A stretch of 63,038 bases of DNA, the filler included. It is 5 parts of 5 records of this genome, joined end to end, with 100 filler letters (N's around TTAATTAATTAA, not from the genome) between each part and the next. Parts side by side here need not be neighbours in the genome. Positions count along the whole stretch, not along the records: positions 7,104 to 23,950 come from SRR2962707_2376; positions 24,051 to 31,685 come from SRR2962707_2377; positions 31,786 to 39,776 come from SRR2962707_2378; 2 more parts are not named here. The stretch is one strand, 5' to 3'. Positions within the stretch are counted from its first letter, which is position 1. Each line of letters starts with the position of its first letter. A program made the position numbers and the translations under genes. Positions 21,480-32,480 of this stretch are shown piece by piece. Below the pieces are notes generated by a model, which worked only from the letters and a program-made list of their open reading frames with translations, did no database searches and had not been told where the DNA came from.

Positions 21480-23428
21480 CTAGCTTTCTCGATCATCCAC
21501 GCTCTGAGCCGTTGATGCGCGAAGACTGCTGGTGGACGACCCCGCGGTGTGCGTTGTAGCACCTTCTTCGTTTGCAAGCGAGAATTTGACGTAGTTGAAC
21601 CAAAGCAGCCCGACAATGCACAACCCTGCGAAATATCATCGACACACCAAATTCTGCTCAAAGAACAGTAACTCTGCAACTGACGACGGAAAACCAACAC
21701 TCAATATGCACACACAAACAAACCAAATCCACCGAGAGTCACCAACGTTACTGAGTCCCCGTAGATACCAATTGAGGCTGCAATCACAATCTGCAACGGT
21801 GGCATGGTGCAACCAACCAATTTAAGTGCACGCATGCTCGACGGTGCACTGTCTCGTGCTTGCAAGACGAGCATTTTTCTAACGCACCAGCTGCTTCACG
21901 ATGTTAACAATGGAGAGCGTTAATCCGCTCGTGAGTTTGATAAAGAGAAACGTGACCATTGACAAGACCACAGAAATTAAAGCACATCCGACCAGAACCT
22001 TCCGAGAGCCAGCGCACAACAACACCCAAACGGGGCACGAGGATGAACATCATTGAAGACAGCATGCAATGCATTGAAACAGAATGTACGACCAGTCCGA
22101 ATCGTACCAGCACCAATTCTAACATATGAACTCCAGCAAGTTCCGATTCCTCTTGACTCGAAACGACACCTGCTCCATGTGTCAACTCCACCGTGTAATT
22201 TTGGATGCCTGAACAGAAATTCGTCACGCGGGGCACAAAGAGGTTATAGCCCATCAGCATTCGGGTATCGATGAAATCAAACTCTTGGTGCAGGCCACCA
22301 ACCTTCAAACTCATCACTGAGAAAGTCCACAGGGAGTAAAGACAGTGCTGATACGAGGGCCGTGACAGAGAGCAACGAAAAAGGAGTTACTTTGCTGGAC
22401 TTGTCGTCCGGCTGCACGTTTTCGTGACCGCCTTGTTCAACCACGGGAACTTGTCCTCCGCTCGCCAAAGCAGGCTGCTCTGATGATCGAGCGTTGGAGG
22501 CTGCGTGGGACCCGTCTTCGTCATCACTATCACTATCGATGGTCACTTCTGTGGCGTCAGTTGTCGCTTTTGGCAGTTGTTGCAGTTCCACTTCCGAATG
22601 GTCCAAGCGAGCATAGCCGCAGCAGCAATGCCGGGTGTGAGACTCTTGGCCTCGAGCGGCGACTTGAGCACTTTGAGACGGAAAAGCCTCGTCTTTGCTG
22701 TTCAGAGTCAACTCTGAAAGAGCCCATTTGCAGCCTGCGCAAAAGCAAGATCCTAGCACATAGAACGTCCCAGTCCACGAGAACAACTTGGCTTCTGCTA
22801 AGGAGTCATCCATGCCATCGCTGTCGGCATCCAGCAGCCCGTTGTCGGACCCATCCCCGCTCTCGACTTCGGTGCTGCTGCTTTCACCGTACGACAGCAC
22901 GACAACGCCACCGCAGATGAAAACTACCACCAGCAGTAGTCGCAAGTTCGGCTCCTCCAGTCGCAACACAAATGCCCAAAGCACCACAAACACAGGAATT
23001 GCGGCCCGCAGCATGATGTGATAGCTGACATCAAGGTACAACAAGCTGACGTTGCTGGTGGCCACTTCGATTGCAGCCATTACTCCAACTCCAAAAATTG
23101 CACCAAGTTTCCGTGGCGTGTACACATCTTCAGTAAATGGGAAAATTCCAGCACGGCGCAGCGCAATGCCGCAACAGCCACCCCGCTGACAGCACCTCAA
23201 AGGCAAGCCCGTCAGAAGGCGCGTTGAAATCGCAAAAATAGCCGCTACCGTGTAAGTGGAAGTCACCAGCCAAACCGGGAAGTCAAAGCCATACACCGAT
23301 ATGATCCACTTGTTGTACAAAGTCAAGCCCCCAGAAGACAGGAAGAACAGCACAGTCAGCACGACGAAGTGCACGTAGAATTGAGGCGGGTACCGCTTCA
23401 ACCGCGTACACACGCGGGTGCAGGCCAT
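21480..23428 (-). CDS. SLC35/triose-phosphate-transporter family nucleotide-sugar transporter (SLC35C2-like), 5 exons (23428-22303, 22208-22108, 21998-21888, 21790-21724, 21625-21480)
   Basis: LTLYNKW, GFDFP, SNVSLLYLDVSYHIMLRAAIPVFV, CKWALSE; spliced exons give FIKLTSGLTLSIVNIVKQL and GGFGLCIVGLLWFNY; four GT-AG introns of 94-109 bp. Confidence 0.85.
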
Positions 23429-23859
23429 ACCCCACGAGAGGCAGGCCTCACCCACAACAACTCAAAGACAATGACAGTGACAGACCAACATTGCTGTTGG
23501 TGTGAAACACCCTTCGTCTACACCAGAGTGGAGGTCATGTGTCAGTTGTTGTGCCGTTGAGAGAGGAGCGTTGTCCTCCCAGCCCCGCCCGATCTTCTGT
23601 CTCGGGGCGCCGAAATAAAGGCCGGGGAAAAACAAGAGAAGGGAAAACAAGGGGCAACAGCCTTTCAAACCGTACTGGAACCCTGAGCGAGGAGTCAGTA
23701 ATCAAAGAGCACAAAGACTGCCTACGTGAACTTCGACCAGAGCCACTCTTGAGTGGGTCACTTTGAGTGCTCTCTGGCAGCTCTCACTCCACTCACAGTG
23801 AAGAATGAGACAACTTCGAGAACCAGCAAGAACGGGAGAGGCCAGCAGGCTGGCACACA

Positions 23860-23950
23860 ACACGCACAAACTCACTCCCTCGCTCACCCACTCCCTCACT
23901 CACAGTCACTCACTCTCCCGCTCACTCACTCACTCGCCCACTCACTCACT
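23860..23950. repeat. (CTCA)n microsatellite at end of the eukaryotic contig
   Basis: ctcactcactcactcgcccactcactcact. Confidence 0.85.
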
Positions 23951-24050
23951 NNNNNNNNNNNNNNNNNNNNNNNNNNNNNNNNNNNNNNNNNNNNTTAATT
24001 AATTAANNNNNNNNNNNNNNNNNNNNNNNNNNNNNNNNNNNNNNNNNNNN
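23951..24050. other. Artificial contig linker
   Basis: N44-TTAATTAATTAA-N44. Confidence 0.98.
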
Positions 24051-24112
24051 TCCGGCCATCCATGGCCTCCGACATTTTTGTGAAGGGGCTCCAAACCCAC
24101 CCTCTCGAACCC
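24051..24112. repeat. Partial REP-like intergenic element at contig start
   Basis: GGCCA-TCCA-TGGCC palindrome just downstream of the LysR gene, at a contig break; multicopy status not testable here. Confidence 0.4.
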
Positions 24113-24160
24113 CAGTGAAATAGTCTTTTCCAAACCCTCTGTCCTCAGAAAATACGACCA

Positions 24161-25108
24161 CTACGACTCCAGTCTTCTAAACACCCTCTCAAATTGCGAT
24201 ATATTTTGCTGGATGTAGTCAATAAAGGCCTGCATGGCCGGCGTCGGATGCCGGGCCTGAGGGTAGACCACACACCAGCTACGGCGCAAGGGGAACCCGG
24301 TTATGTTGAGGGCATGAAGCGAGCCCAGCGCCAGCTCTGAAACGACACTGAGCTTCGGCACCACCGCCACTCCGAGCCCCGCCAATACCGCGTGTTTTAC
24401 CGCATCGTTCGAACCCAGTTCCATGGTGGATTCCATTTTCAAACGGTGCTGCTGGCAATAAACCTCCAGCGCCAGCCGACTGCCGGAACCGGGCTCACGG
24501 GTCAGAAGCTGGTTCTTCAGAAACTCCCCGGCACTGACAGACTGCAGATTTAGCAGTGGGTGGCCATCAGGAACAATCGGAATCAACTCGTTATCCAGAA
24601 AGGGAAACGAGGTCAGCGGCCGGTCTGGAGGAACCATCCCCATAATGACCAGATCGCCGCTGTTATCGCTCAGCCGTTCCAGGGCAGCCGCCCGGTTGAC
24701 CACTGCGACCGAAACATTCACTTGCGGGTTAATCTGCAGAAACGACCGCAAAAGATAAGGCACCACATACTGCGCGGTATTGACCGCCACCAGCTTGAGA
24801 TCCCCCGCCACGCGACCTTCCAGCGCCGCCATCCGGTTCTGCATGTCCGTCAACTCGCGAAACACCGAGCCTACGCAAGCTGCCATCTCCTCGCCAGCGG
24901 CGGTGCAATACAGCTTCCTGCCCACGTACTCAAACATAGGCATCCCAACTGCCTGCTCCAGATGACGCATCTGGCTGGATACGGCGGGCTGGGTCAGTCC
25001 AAGCAGATCACCGGCCTTGCTGTAGCTTTTCAGATCGTAAACGGCCTTGAACACCTGCAGTTGCCGAAATGTAAGGCGGCTAGCCAGTTTCTGGACACTT
25101 AATGGCAC
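24161..25108 (-). CDS. pycR: LysR-type regulator divergent from pycAB (PycR-like)
   Basis: LTFRQLQVF...SYSKAGDLLGLTQPAVSSQMRHLE HTH; REPGSGSR and ELGSNDAVK of the CbbR/CysL-like subfamily; divergent from pyruvate carboxylase as in pseudomonads. Confidence 0.8.
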   Translation of the reverse strand: MPLSVQKLASRLTFRQLQVFKAVYDLKSYSKAGDLLGLTQPAVSSQMRHLEQAVGMPMFEYVGRKLYCTAAGEEMAACVGSVFRELTDMQNRMAALEGRVAGDLKLVAVNTAQYVVPYLLRSFLQINPQVNVSVAVVNRAAALERLSDNSGDLVIMGMVPPDRPLTSFPFLDNELIPIVPDGHPLLNLQSVSAGEFLKNQLLTREPGSGSRLALEVYCQQHRLKMESTMELGSNDAVKHAVLAGLGVAVVPKLSVVSELALGSLHALNITGFPLRRSWCVVYPQARHPTPAMQAFIDYIQQNISQFERVFRRLES

Positions 25109-25131
25109 AAGCTCTCCCGCCTCACCTATTC

Positions 25132-25147
25132 ATAAGTCATTACTTAT
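25132..25147. promoter_or_regulatory. Inverted repeat, candidate LysR operator
   Basis: ATAAGT-catt-ACTTAT in the AT-rich divergent intergenic region. Confidence 0.5.
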
Positions 25148-25239
25148 ATATAACCCAAATAATATCAATTTTAACTCATCAGTTGCCATCGTTAGGCTTT
25201 TAACACCTTCTTTCGGGACGACGAAACGAGGAATCGCCC

Positions 25240-26655
25240 ATGTTGAAGAAAGTACTGATCGCCAACCGAGGCGAAATTGCGGTGCGTATCGTGCGGGCCT
25301 GCGCCGAGGCCGGGATCCGGTCTGTGGCGATCTACACCGAGCCCGATCGCTACGGCTTGCACGTCAAGCGCGCTGATGAAGCCTACTCCCTGGGCGAGGA
25401 TCCGATTGCCGGCTACCTGGATCCCGCCCGCATCGTCAATCTCGCCCTGGAGGTGGGCTGCGATGCCATCCATCCTGGTTATGGCTTCCTGTCGGAGAAC
25501 GCCCGCTTCGCTCAGCTGTGCGAAGAAAAGGGTCTGACATTTATTGGCCCGAAATCCGACGTTATTCACAAGATGGGTGACAAGACCCAGGCCCGCGACA
25601 GCATGCGGGCGGCCGGCGTGCCCATTACTCCCGGCTCCGAGGGCAATCTGGCCGATCTGGATGAGGCCCTGAAGCTGGCTAATGAGATTGGCTATCCGGT
25701 GATGCTGAAGGCCACCTCCGGCGGTGGCGGCCGGGGAATTCGCCGTTGCGATACACCGGAGGAGCTTAGAACCCAGTACCCACGGGTGATTTCGGAGGCC
25801 ACCAAGGCTTTCGGCTCGGCCGAGGTGTTCATGGAAAAATGCATCGTCAATCCGCGCCATATCGAGGTGCAGATTCTAGCGGATAGCCGGGGCAACGCCA
25901 TTCACCTGTATGAGCGCGATTGTTCCATTCAGCGTCGTAACCAGAAACTGATTGAGATCGCCCCCAGCCCGCAACTGACACCGGAACAGCGCCAGTACAT
26001 CGGCAGCCTCGCCGTCAAGGCCGCAAAAGCAGTGGGCTACGAGAATGCCGGCACGGTGGAGTTTCTGCTCTCGGGCAACGAGGTGTACTTCATGGAGATG
26101 AACACCCGGGTGCAGGTGGAGCACACCATCACCGAAGCCATTACCGGGGTGGATATTGTCCGGGAACAGTTGCGGGTCGCCGCGGGGGAATCCCTCAGCT
26201 ACCGGCAGGAGGATATTTCGTACCGGGGCTATGCGCTGCAGTTCCGCATCAACGCCGAAGATCCCAAAAACGACTTCTTGCCCAGTTTCGGGCGCATTAC
26301 CCACTACTACGCCCCCGGTGGCCCGGGTGTTCGAGTGGACACCGCCATCTACACGGGCTACGAGATTCCGCCCTACTACGACTCCATGTGCCTGAAACTG
26401 GTGGTCTGGGCACTGACCTGGGATGAAGTTATCGCGCGCGGCAAGCGGGCTCTGGATGACATGCGCCTGCATGGCATCACCACAACCGCCAACTATTACC
26501 AGCAAATACTGGATCATCCGGATTTCCAGGCTGGCGTGTTTGACACCAGTTTCGTGCCCAGCCATCCGGAGCTGTTGAACTATTCCACCAAACGCCACCC
26601 CAGCGAAATTGCGCTGGCCATCGCAGCCACGATCGCGGCCCACGCCGGCTGGTAA
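25240..26655 (+). CDS. pycA: Pyruvate carboxylase subunit A (biotin carboxylase)
   Basis: ANRGEIA, HPGYGFLSEN, GGGGRG, ERDCSIQRR, EMNTRVQVEH; directly upstream of the carboxyltransferase subunit. Confidence 0.9.
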   Translation: MLKKVLIANRGEIAVRIVRACAEAGIRSVAIYTEPDRYGLHVKRADEAYSLGEDPIAGYLDPARIVNLALEVGCDAIHPGYGFLSENARFAQLCEEKGLTFIGPKSDVIHKMGDKTQARDSMRAAGVPITPGSEGNLADLDEALKLANEIGYPVMLKATSGGGGRGIRRCDTPEELRTQYPRVISEATKAFGSAEVFMEKCIVNPRHIEVQILADSRGNAIHLYERDCSIQRRNQKLIEIAPSPQLTPEQRQYIGSLAVKAAKAVGYENAGTVEFLLSGNEVYFMEMNTRVQVEHTITEAITGVDIVREQLRVAAGESLSYRQEDISYRGYALQFRINAEDPKNDFLPSFGRITHYYAPGGPGVRVDTAIYTGYEIPPYYDSMCLKLVVWALTWDEVIARGKRALDDMRLHGITTTANYYQQILDHPDFQAGVFDTSFVPSHPELLNYSTKRHPSEIALAIAATIAAHAGW

Positions 26656-26673
26656 TCCACAGGAGGATTGAAT

Positions 26674-28479
26674 ATGAGGAACGCCAAAAAAATTGAAGTT
26701 ACCGATCTTATCCTTCGTGATGCCCACCAGTCCCTGATTGCGACCCGCATGCGCACCGAAGACATGCTGCCGATCTGTGACAAGTTGGACCAGGTGGGTT
26801 ACTGGTCCCTGGAGGTCTGGGGCGGCGCCACTTTCGACGCCTGCGTGCGCTTTCTGAAAGAGGACCCCTGGGAACGCCTGCGCCAGTTGCGCAAGGCGCT
26901 GCCCAACACCCGCCTGCAAATGCTGCTGCGGGGGCAGAACCTGCTGGGTTACCGTCACTACGCTGACGATGTGGTGGAAGCGTTCGTGCAAAAAGCCGCC
27001 GACAACGGCATTGATGTGTTCCGCATCTTTGATGCCCTGAACGATCTGCGCAATCTGGAAACCGCCATGAAAGCGGTGAAGAAGGCGGGCAAGCACGCTC
27101 AGGGTACCATTTGCTATACCACCAGCCCGGTGCATACACCCGAGCTTTTCGTGAAGCAGGCCCAGGAACTCAAGGCCATGGGCGCCGACTCCATTGCCAT
27201 CAAGGACATGGCCGGGCTGCTAACTCCTTACGCCACCTACGAGTTGACCAAAGCCATTAAATCGTCCGTGGATCTGCCTCTGGTCATCCATAGCCACGCC
27301 ACCGCCGGCCTGGCCGCCATGTGCCAACTGAAAGCGGTGGAAGCCGGCGCAGACCGTATCGACACCGCCATTTCCGCCTTTGCCAACGGCACCAGCCATC
27401 CTGCAACAGAATCCCAGGTGGCCGCCCTGAAGGGCACGGACTATGACACCGGGCTGGATCTGGAGTTGTTAAGCGAGATTGCCGACTACTTCCGGGAAGT
27501 GCGCAAGAAGTACCACCAGTTTGAAAGCGAATTTACCCGCGAGGACATTTCGGTACAGATCAATCAGGTGCCGGGCGGCATGATGTCCAACCTGGCCAAC
27601 CAGCTCAAAGAGCAGAACGCCCTGGACCGCATACGCGAGGTCTTCGACGAGATTCCCCGTGTGCGCAAGGATCTGGGCTACCCGCCACTGGTCACCCCCA
27701 CCTCCCAGATTGTGGGGACCCAGGCGGTCTATAACGTGCTGGCTGGTCAACGCTACAAGACCATCACCAACGAAGTGAAACGCTACCTTCAGGGAGGTTA
27801 CGGCCAGCCACCTGCCGAGGTGAACGCCGAAATCCAGAAAAAGGCTATCGGCAACGAAACCGTCAATGACGGTCGCCCCGCCGACCTGCTTAGCCCGGAA
27901 CTGAACAAGCTGCGAGAAGACATTGGCAGCCTGGCCACCAGCGAGGAAGACGTGCTGACTTACGCCATGTTTCCGGATCTTGGCCGGGAATATCTGCAAC
28001 AACGGCAGGATGGCACACTGAAGCCCGAAGAGTTGCTACCGGCCGAGCAAAAGGGCCGGGACCGCCTGGGCACCGCCATCGCCACCGAGTTCCGCATTGA
28101 CGTACACGGCGAAAGCTACGAAGTGGCCGTTACCGGTGTTGGCGGCTCAGGACCGGGCAAGCGCAAGCTCTATCTGTCTCTGGACGGCATGCCCCAGGAA
28201 GTGGTGTTTGAATCCCTGAACGAATACGAAGCCGGCGCCGGCAGCGGTCGGAAACAGGCCACCGATCCCGGCCACGTCACCACGACCATGCCGGGCAATG
28301 TGGTGGACGTGCTGGTTAAGGAAGGTGACACCGTAAAAGCTGGCCAGGCGGTACTGATTACCGAGGCCATGAAAATGGAAACCGAGGTACATACAAGTGT
28401 TGATGGCACGGTGAAAGGTGTGTATGTCGCCAAAGGCGATCGGGTCACGCCAGGCGAAGTGCTGATCGAAATCGCCTGA
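26674..28479 (+). CDS. pycB: Pyruvate carboxylase subunit B (carboxyltransferase + biotinyl domain; OadA family)
   Basis: LRDAHQSL, EVWGGATFD, IKDMAG, PGGM, VTPTSQ, EAMKM biotin site; AGGAGG RBS. Confidence 0.9.
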   Translation: MRNAKKIEVTDLILRDAHQSLIATRMRTEDMLPICDKLDQVGYWSLEVWGGATFDACVRFLKEDPWERLRQLRKALPNTRLQMLLRGQNLLGYRHYADDVVEAFVQKAADNGIDVFRIFDALNDLRNLETAMKAVKKAGKHAQGTICYTTSPVHTPELFVKQAQELKAMGADSIAIKDMAGLLTPYATYELTKAIKSSVDLPLVIHSHATAGLAAMCQLKAVEAGADRIDTAISAFANGTSHPATESQVAALKGTDYDTGLDLELLSEIADYFREVRKKYHQFESEFTREDISVQINQVPGGMMSNLANQLKEQNALDRIREVFDEIPRVRKDLGYPPLVTPTSQIVGTQAVYNVLAGQRYKTITNEVKRYLQGGYGQPPAEVNAEIQKKAIGNETVNDGRPADLLSPELNKLREDIGSLATSEEDVLTYAMFPDLGREYLQQRQDGTLKPEELLPAEQKGRDRLGTAIATEFRIDVHGESYEVAVTGVGGSGPGKRKLYLSLDGMPQEVVFESLNEYEAGAGSGRKQATDPGHVTTTMPGNVVDVLVKEGDTVKAGQAVLITEAMKMETEVHTSVDGTVKGVYVAKGDRVTPGEVLIEIA

Positions 28480-28489
28480 CCCCAAACGC

Positions 28490-28519
28490 AAGCGGGGCAA
28501 CCGATTGGCTGCCCCGCTT
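28490..28519. terminator. Hairpin between convergent pycB and rimO
   Basis: AAGCGGGGCA...TGCCCCGCTT 10-bp stem. Confidence 0.65.
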
Positions 28520-28538
28520 CGCCGACGCATTGATCAGG

Positions 28539-29879
28539 TCAAACCAGAACCGCCCAGAGATCATGCTCGTCGGCATGCTCAACCACGGCCTGAACGATCT
28601 GACCGGGAACCAGGTCGGTTTCGTCGTTCAGGTAGACCATCCCGTCAATCTCAGGCGCGTCGGCTTTTGATCTGCCAATCGCACCCTCCTCGTCCACTTC
28701 ATCAATCAGCACATCAATGGTCTTGCCAATCTTTGCCTTAAGGCGGGCAGCCGAGATTTCTGCCTGTTTGGCCATAAAGCGAGCCAGGCGATCTTCCTTC
28801 ACGTCCTCGGGGACCGCACCTTCGAGCTCGTTCGCCGGCGCCCCTTCCACCGCGCTATAAGTGAAGGCGCCGACTCGATCCAACTGAGCCTCGTCCAGCC
28901 AGTCCAGCAGGTACTGGAAATCTTCTTCAGTTTCCCCCGGAAAACCCACGATGAAGGTGGAACGAATAGTCAGTTCCGGGCAGATTTCCCGCCACTTCCT
29001 GATGCGCTCCAGGGTCTTGCTGTCATGGGCCGGGCGCTTCATGGCTTTGAGTACTCCAGGACTGGCGTGCTGGAACGGGATGTCCAGGTACGGCAGGATC
29101 TTGCCTTCGGCCATCAGCGGAATGATGTCGTCCACATGGGGATAGGGATAGACATAGTGCAACCGAACCCACACGCCCATCTCACCCAGCGCTTCACACA
29201 ACGCCTGCATTTTGGTCTTTACCGGGCGCCCCTGCCAGAAACCGGTGCGGTATTTGATGTCGACGCCGTAGGCGGAGGTGTCCTGGGAAATCACCAGAAT
29301 CTCTTTCACCCCCGCATCCACCAACCGTTTGGCCTCGTCCATCACGTCGCCAATCGGGCGACTGACAAGGTCACCCCGCATTGAGGGAATGATGCAGAAG
29401 GTGCAACGGTGGTTACAGCCTTCCGAGATTTTCAGGTAGGCATAGTGGCGGGGCGTCAGCTTGACGCCCTGCGGCGGCACCAGGTCCACAAACGGGTCAT
29501 GCTCTTTCCTGGGCGGCACATACTGGTGGACGGCGCCGACCACTTCTTCGTAGGCATGAGGACCGGACACTGCGAGCACGCCCGGATGGGTTTCACGGAT
29601 CCGGTCGGCCTCAACCCCCATGCAACCGGTGACGATGACCTTGCCATTCTCACTGATTGCCTCACCAATGGCGTCCAGGGATTCCTGCTTGGCGGCATCT
29701 ATAAAACCACAGGTGTTCACCACCACAATATCGGCGTCGTCGTAGGTGGGCACCACATCGTAGCCGTCCAGGCGCAACTGGGTCAGGATACGTTCAGAAT
29801 CTACCAGCGCCTTCGGGCAACCAAGGCTGATAAAGCCTACTTTTCCGCTCTGGGGCGCGTTTTGCGTTTTCTCGGTCAT
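28539..29879 (-). CDS. rimO: Ribosomal protein S12 methylthiotransferase RimO
   Basis: [18 protein letters not shown], radical [20 protein letters not shown]-terminal TRAM (APEIDG). Confidence 0.95.
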   Translation of the reverse strand: MTEKTQNAPQSGKVGFISLGCPKALVDSERILTQLRLDGYDVVPTYDDADIVVVNTCGFIDAAKQESLDAIGEAISENGKVIVTGCMGVEADRIRETHPGVLAVSGPHAYEEVVGAVHQYVPPRKEHDPFVDLVPPQGVKLTPRHYAYLKISEGCNHRCTFCIIPSMRGDLVSRPIGDVMDEAKRLVDAGVKEILVISQDTSAYGVDIKYRTGFWQGRPVKTKMQALCEALGEMGVWVRLHYVYPYPHVDDIIPLMAEGKILPYLDIPFQHASPGVLKAMKRPAHDSKTLERIRKWREICPELTIRSTFIVGFPGETEEDFQYLLDWLDEAQLDRVGAFTYSAVEGAPANELEGAVPEDVKEDRLARFMAKQAEISAARLKAKIGKTIDVLIDEVDEEGAIGRSKADAPEIDGMVYLNDETDLVPGQIVQAVVEHADEHDLWAVLV

Positions 29880-30188
29880 AAAAGCCTGCAGGATGTCCGG
29901 AGCCATGCTCCCGATGAGTGTAGCGGGCAATTTTACCTCACGACCGGAAGAACTGCAGCAGTAGCACCACCTACTCCGCCACCACAAATCCGCTGACGCA
30001 GATCAACTTACCGACTAAAACTGTGACACCGTGTTCAGAATTTTGTAGTAAAAGTGCCACAATTACCGACAGGATTCTTGCTGTTCACTTTTTAAACAGC
30101 TAAACTTTCAATCGTTTATGCGTTTTTCTGGAAGGCGTTTATGGGAAAGGCAACTTCTTTTCAAACCACACATGCCAGAAGAGTGAAC

Positions 30189-30611
30189 ATGAAACCTCTT
30201 GCCGCCAAACCCAATCTGCGAAACCAGCAGCGGGTGGACGTTTCAACCGACATTACCATCGAAAAGCCGGATGGCTGCTGCCTTACCTGCCAGGTATCCA
30301 ACCTGTCCCGCTCAGGCGTGATGCTCTCCTGTGATCAGGACACCGTCAAACAGCTGGTTCCGGGCCTGAAAACACCGGCCCCCGGCCACTGGATCGAAGT
30401 CAAAACCCGTTTTTCGGTGCCCGTCATTGCAAACCAGCCGGTCACGGTGCTTGCCGATGGGAACATCGTACACATGCGTCGCATTGCCCGAGACGAGTTC
30501 CAGATTGGTATCCAGTTCTGTGAATTCGAAGGTAACGGCTTTGACTATGTCGATCGTTACGTTGCCAAATTGCTTTCGGACGCACGTAATCCCTCCAGCG
30601 AAGCTCACTGA
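30189..30611 (+). CDS. PilZ-domain protein
   Basis: RxxxR (RNQQR) and NxSxxG (NLSRSG) c-di-GMP motifs; GIQF near the C-terminus. Confidence 0.8.
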   Translation: MKPLAAKPNLRNQQRVDVSTDITIEKPDGCCLTCQVSNLSRSGVMLSCDQDTVKQLVPGLKTPAPGHWIEVKTRFSVPVIANQPVTVLADGNIVHMRRIARDEFQIGIQFCEFEGNGFDYVDRYVAKLLSDARNPSSEAH

Positions 30612-30785
30612 CGGAAGCCAGTGGCGACGTCGCTGGCGTTTACACCCGCCTCCAGACACCGGCGAAGGCTATATTATTAGAACCTGAAATTCTTACAGCA
30701 CTCCTTCTTATACCCTAAGCTGCTCTGATATAGTTGTTCATCTAAATTACAGCCATTACTTCGCCCTCCATGGCAACGGATGAAC

Positions 30786-31685
30786 ATGACCACATATAAC
30801 CTCACCCATCTCAAACAGCTGGAAGCCGAAAGCATCCACATCATTCGGGAAGTGGCCGCCGAGTTCGACAACCCGGTCATGCTCTACTCCATCGGTAAAG
30901 ATTCTGCCGTGATGCTGCATCTTGCCCTGAAAGCCTTCTACCCGGGCAAGCCACCGTTCCCGTTGCTTCACGTGGATACCACCTGGAAGTTCCGGGACAT
31001 GATCTCGTTCCGGGATAATGTAGCGGAGAAGTTCGGGCTAGACCTGATCGTGCACATCAATGAAGAAGGCGTGAAGCAAGGCGTCGGCCCCTTTACTCAT
31101 GGCAGCGCCAAGCACACGGACATCATGAAAACCCAATCCCTGAAGCAGGCCCTGAACAAGTACAAGTTCGACGCCGCCTTCGGGGGCGCCCGCCGGGACG
31201 AAGAAAAATCACGCGCCAAGGAGCGGGTATATTCCTTCCGTGACGAACACCACCGCTGGGACCCGAAGAACCAGCGCCCGGAGCTCTGGAATATTTACAA
31301 CGGCAAAGTCAACAAGGGCGAAAGCATCCGGGTCTTCCCGCTGTCCAACTGGACTGAGCTGGACATCTGGCAGTACATCTACCTCGAAAACATCGACATT
31401 GTGCCGCTCTACTACGCAGCGGTGCGGCCTGTGGTAGAGCGCGACGGCACCCTGATCATGGTGGACGACGACCGCATGCCCCTGAAAGAAGGTGAGAAGC
31501 CGATGATGAAATCGGTGCGCTTCCGCACCCTGGGCTGCTATCCGCTGACCGGCGCCATTGAATCCGAGGCCAACACCCTGCCCGACATCATTCAGGAAAT
31601 GCTGCTGGCCACCAGTTCAGAGCGGCAAGGCCGGGTGATCGATCACGATTCAGCGGGCTCCATGGAACAGAAAAAGCGGGAAGGG
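30786..31685 (+). CDS. cysD: Sulfate adenylyltransferase subunit 2 (last codons cut by the linker)
   Basis: [50 protein letters not shown]. Confidence 0.95.
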
Positions 31686-31785
31686 NNNNNNNNNNNNNNN
31701 NNNNNNNNNNNNNNNNNNNNNNNNNNNNNTTAATTAATTAANNNNNNNNNNNNNNNNNNNNNNNNNNNNNNNNNNNNNNNNNNNN
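31686..31785. other. Artificial contig linker
   Basis: N44-TTAATTAATTAA-N44. Confidence 0.98.
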
Positions 31786-31913
31786 GAATTCACCATCAGG
31801 AAGAACACCAGGATGGTAAAGATATCCATCAGTGACACCAGGTTCAGGCCACCCGCCTTGTGCATCCGGCCATAGTGTCGCTGGCGCAGTCGGGCTCGTC
31901 TCGACAACTTCAC
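31786..31913 (-). CDS. Second ExbD/TolR-family protein (3' truncated; not in the ORF track)
   Basis: GTG at 31913 overlaps the upstream TGA; reads VKLSRRARLRQRHYGRMHKAGGLNLVSLMDIFTILVFFLMVN with the conserved TM Asp. Confidence 0.85.
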
Positions 31914-32440
31914 GCGCCTTCTCCTTTGCCTTCCATCGGTCGCGCGGCCAGATTGCGATCCTCACCAGCATCCATCAAAGACACATCCGGAAAGAGCTCT
32001 GCTTCCACAACGCTCGCTGCCACCAACGCCTGGTAAGAGCGCACCGTATCCATAACCGACACCAGAGTCTGGTAGTCAACGTCTGGTCCGACTTCCAGGA
32101 TCACGTCCGTCTTGTCGGGCATCCGGAATTTAATCCGCTGCAACAGTTCACTCAGTCGTGAATAGGCCTGGCCCTGCCCGGTAACAGGCAACACGTCAAT
32201 GAGGCCGCGGTCGCTGTCCGCCACCTCAATACCCTCCGGGAGCACCGTGACCACCAGCCGGAACGATTCGGCATCTGGCGCCTGCCCGGCTTCCATGCCC
32301 GGAAAGTTGAGCTCGATCATCCGGATCTGGCTGAACACCATGCCCAGAAGCAACACCGGAACAAGCACAATCATCAGATTGAGAAAGGCGGTAATGTCGA
32401 GGTCTGCCGAGGCCGTCAGTCTGCGATGTCGACGTCTCAT
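31910..32440 (-). CDS. ExbD/TolR-family protein
   Basis: LDITAFLNLMIVLVPVLL TM; periplasmic DVDYQTLVSVMDTVR. Confidence 0.85.
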   Translation of the reverse strand: MRRRHRRLTASADLDITAFLNLMIVLVPVLLLGMVFSQIRMIELNFPGMEAGQAPDAESFRLVVTVLPEGIEVADSDRGLIDVLPVTGQGQAYSRLSELLQRIKFRMPDKTDVILEVGPDVDYQTLVSVMDTVRSYQALVAASVVEAELFPDVSLMDAGEDRNLAARPMEGKGEGA

Positions 32441-32480
32441 GTTCGGCTACTCCTGATCAGATCCTGGAATGCCGGCACCA

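Noticed and set aside
7104-23950. Eukaryotic DNA as horizontal transfer into a bacterium, or as a circular element with CTCA terminal repeats
   Set aside because: Bounded by artificial linkers; the ends are simple microsatellites that commonly break assemblies
25876-27135. 419-aa antisense ORF over pycA/pycB, and similar shadow ORFs such as 19471-20463 and 7375-8235
   Set aside because: Opposite well-supported genes, without motifs; expected from codon bias
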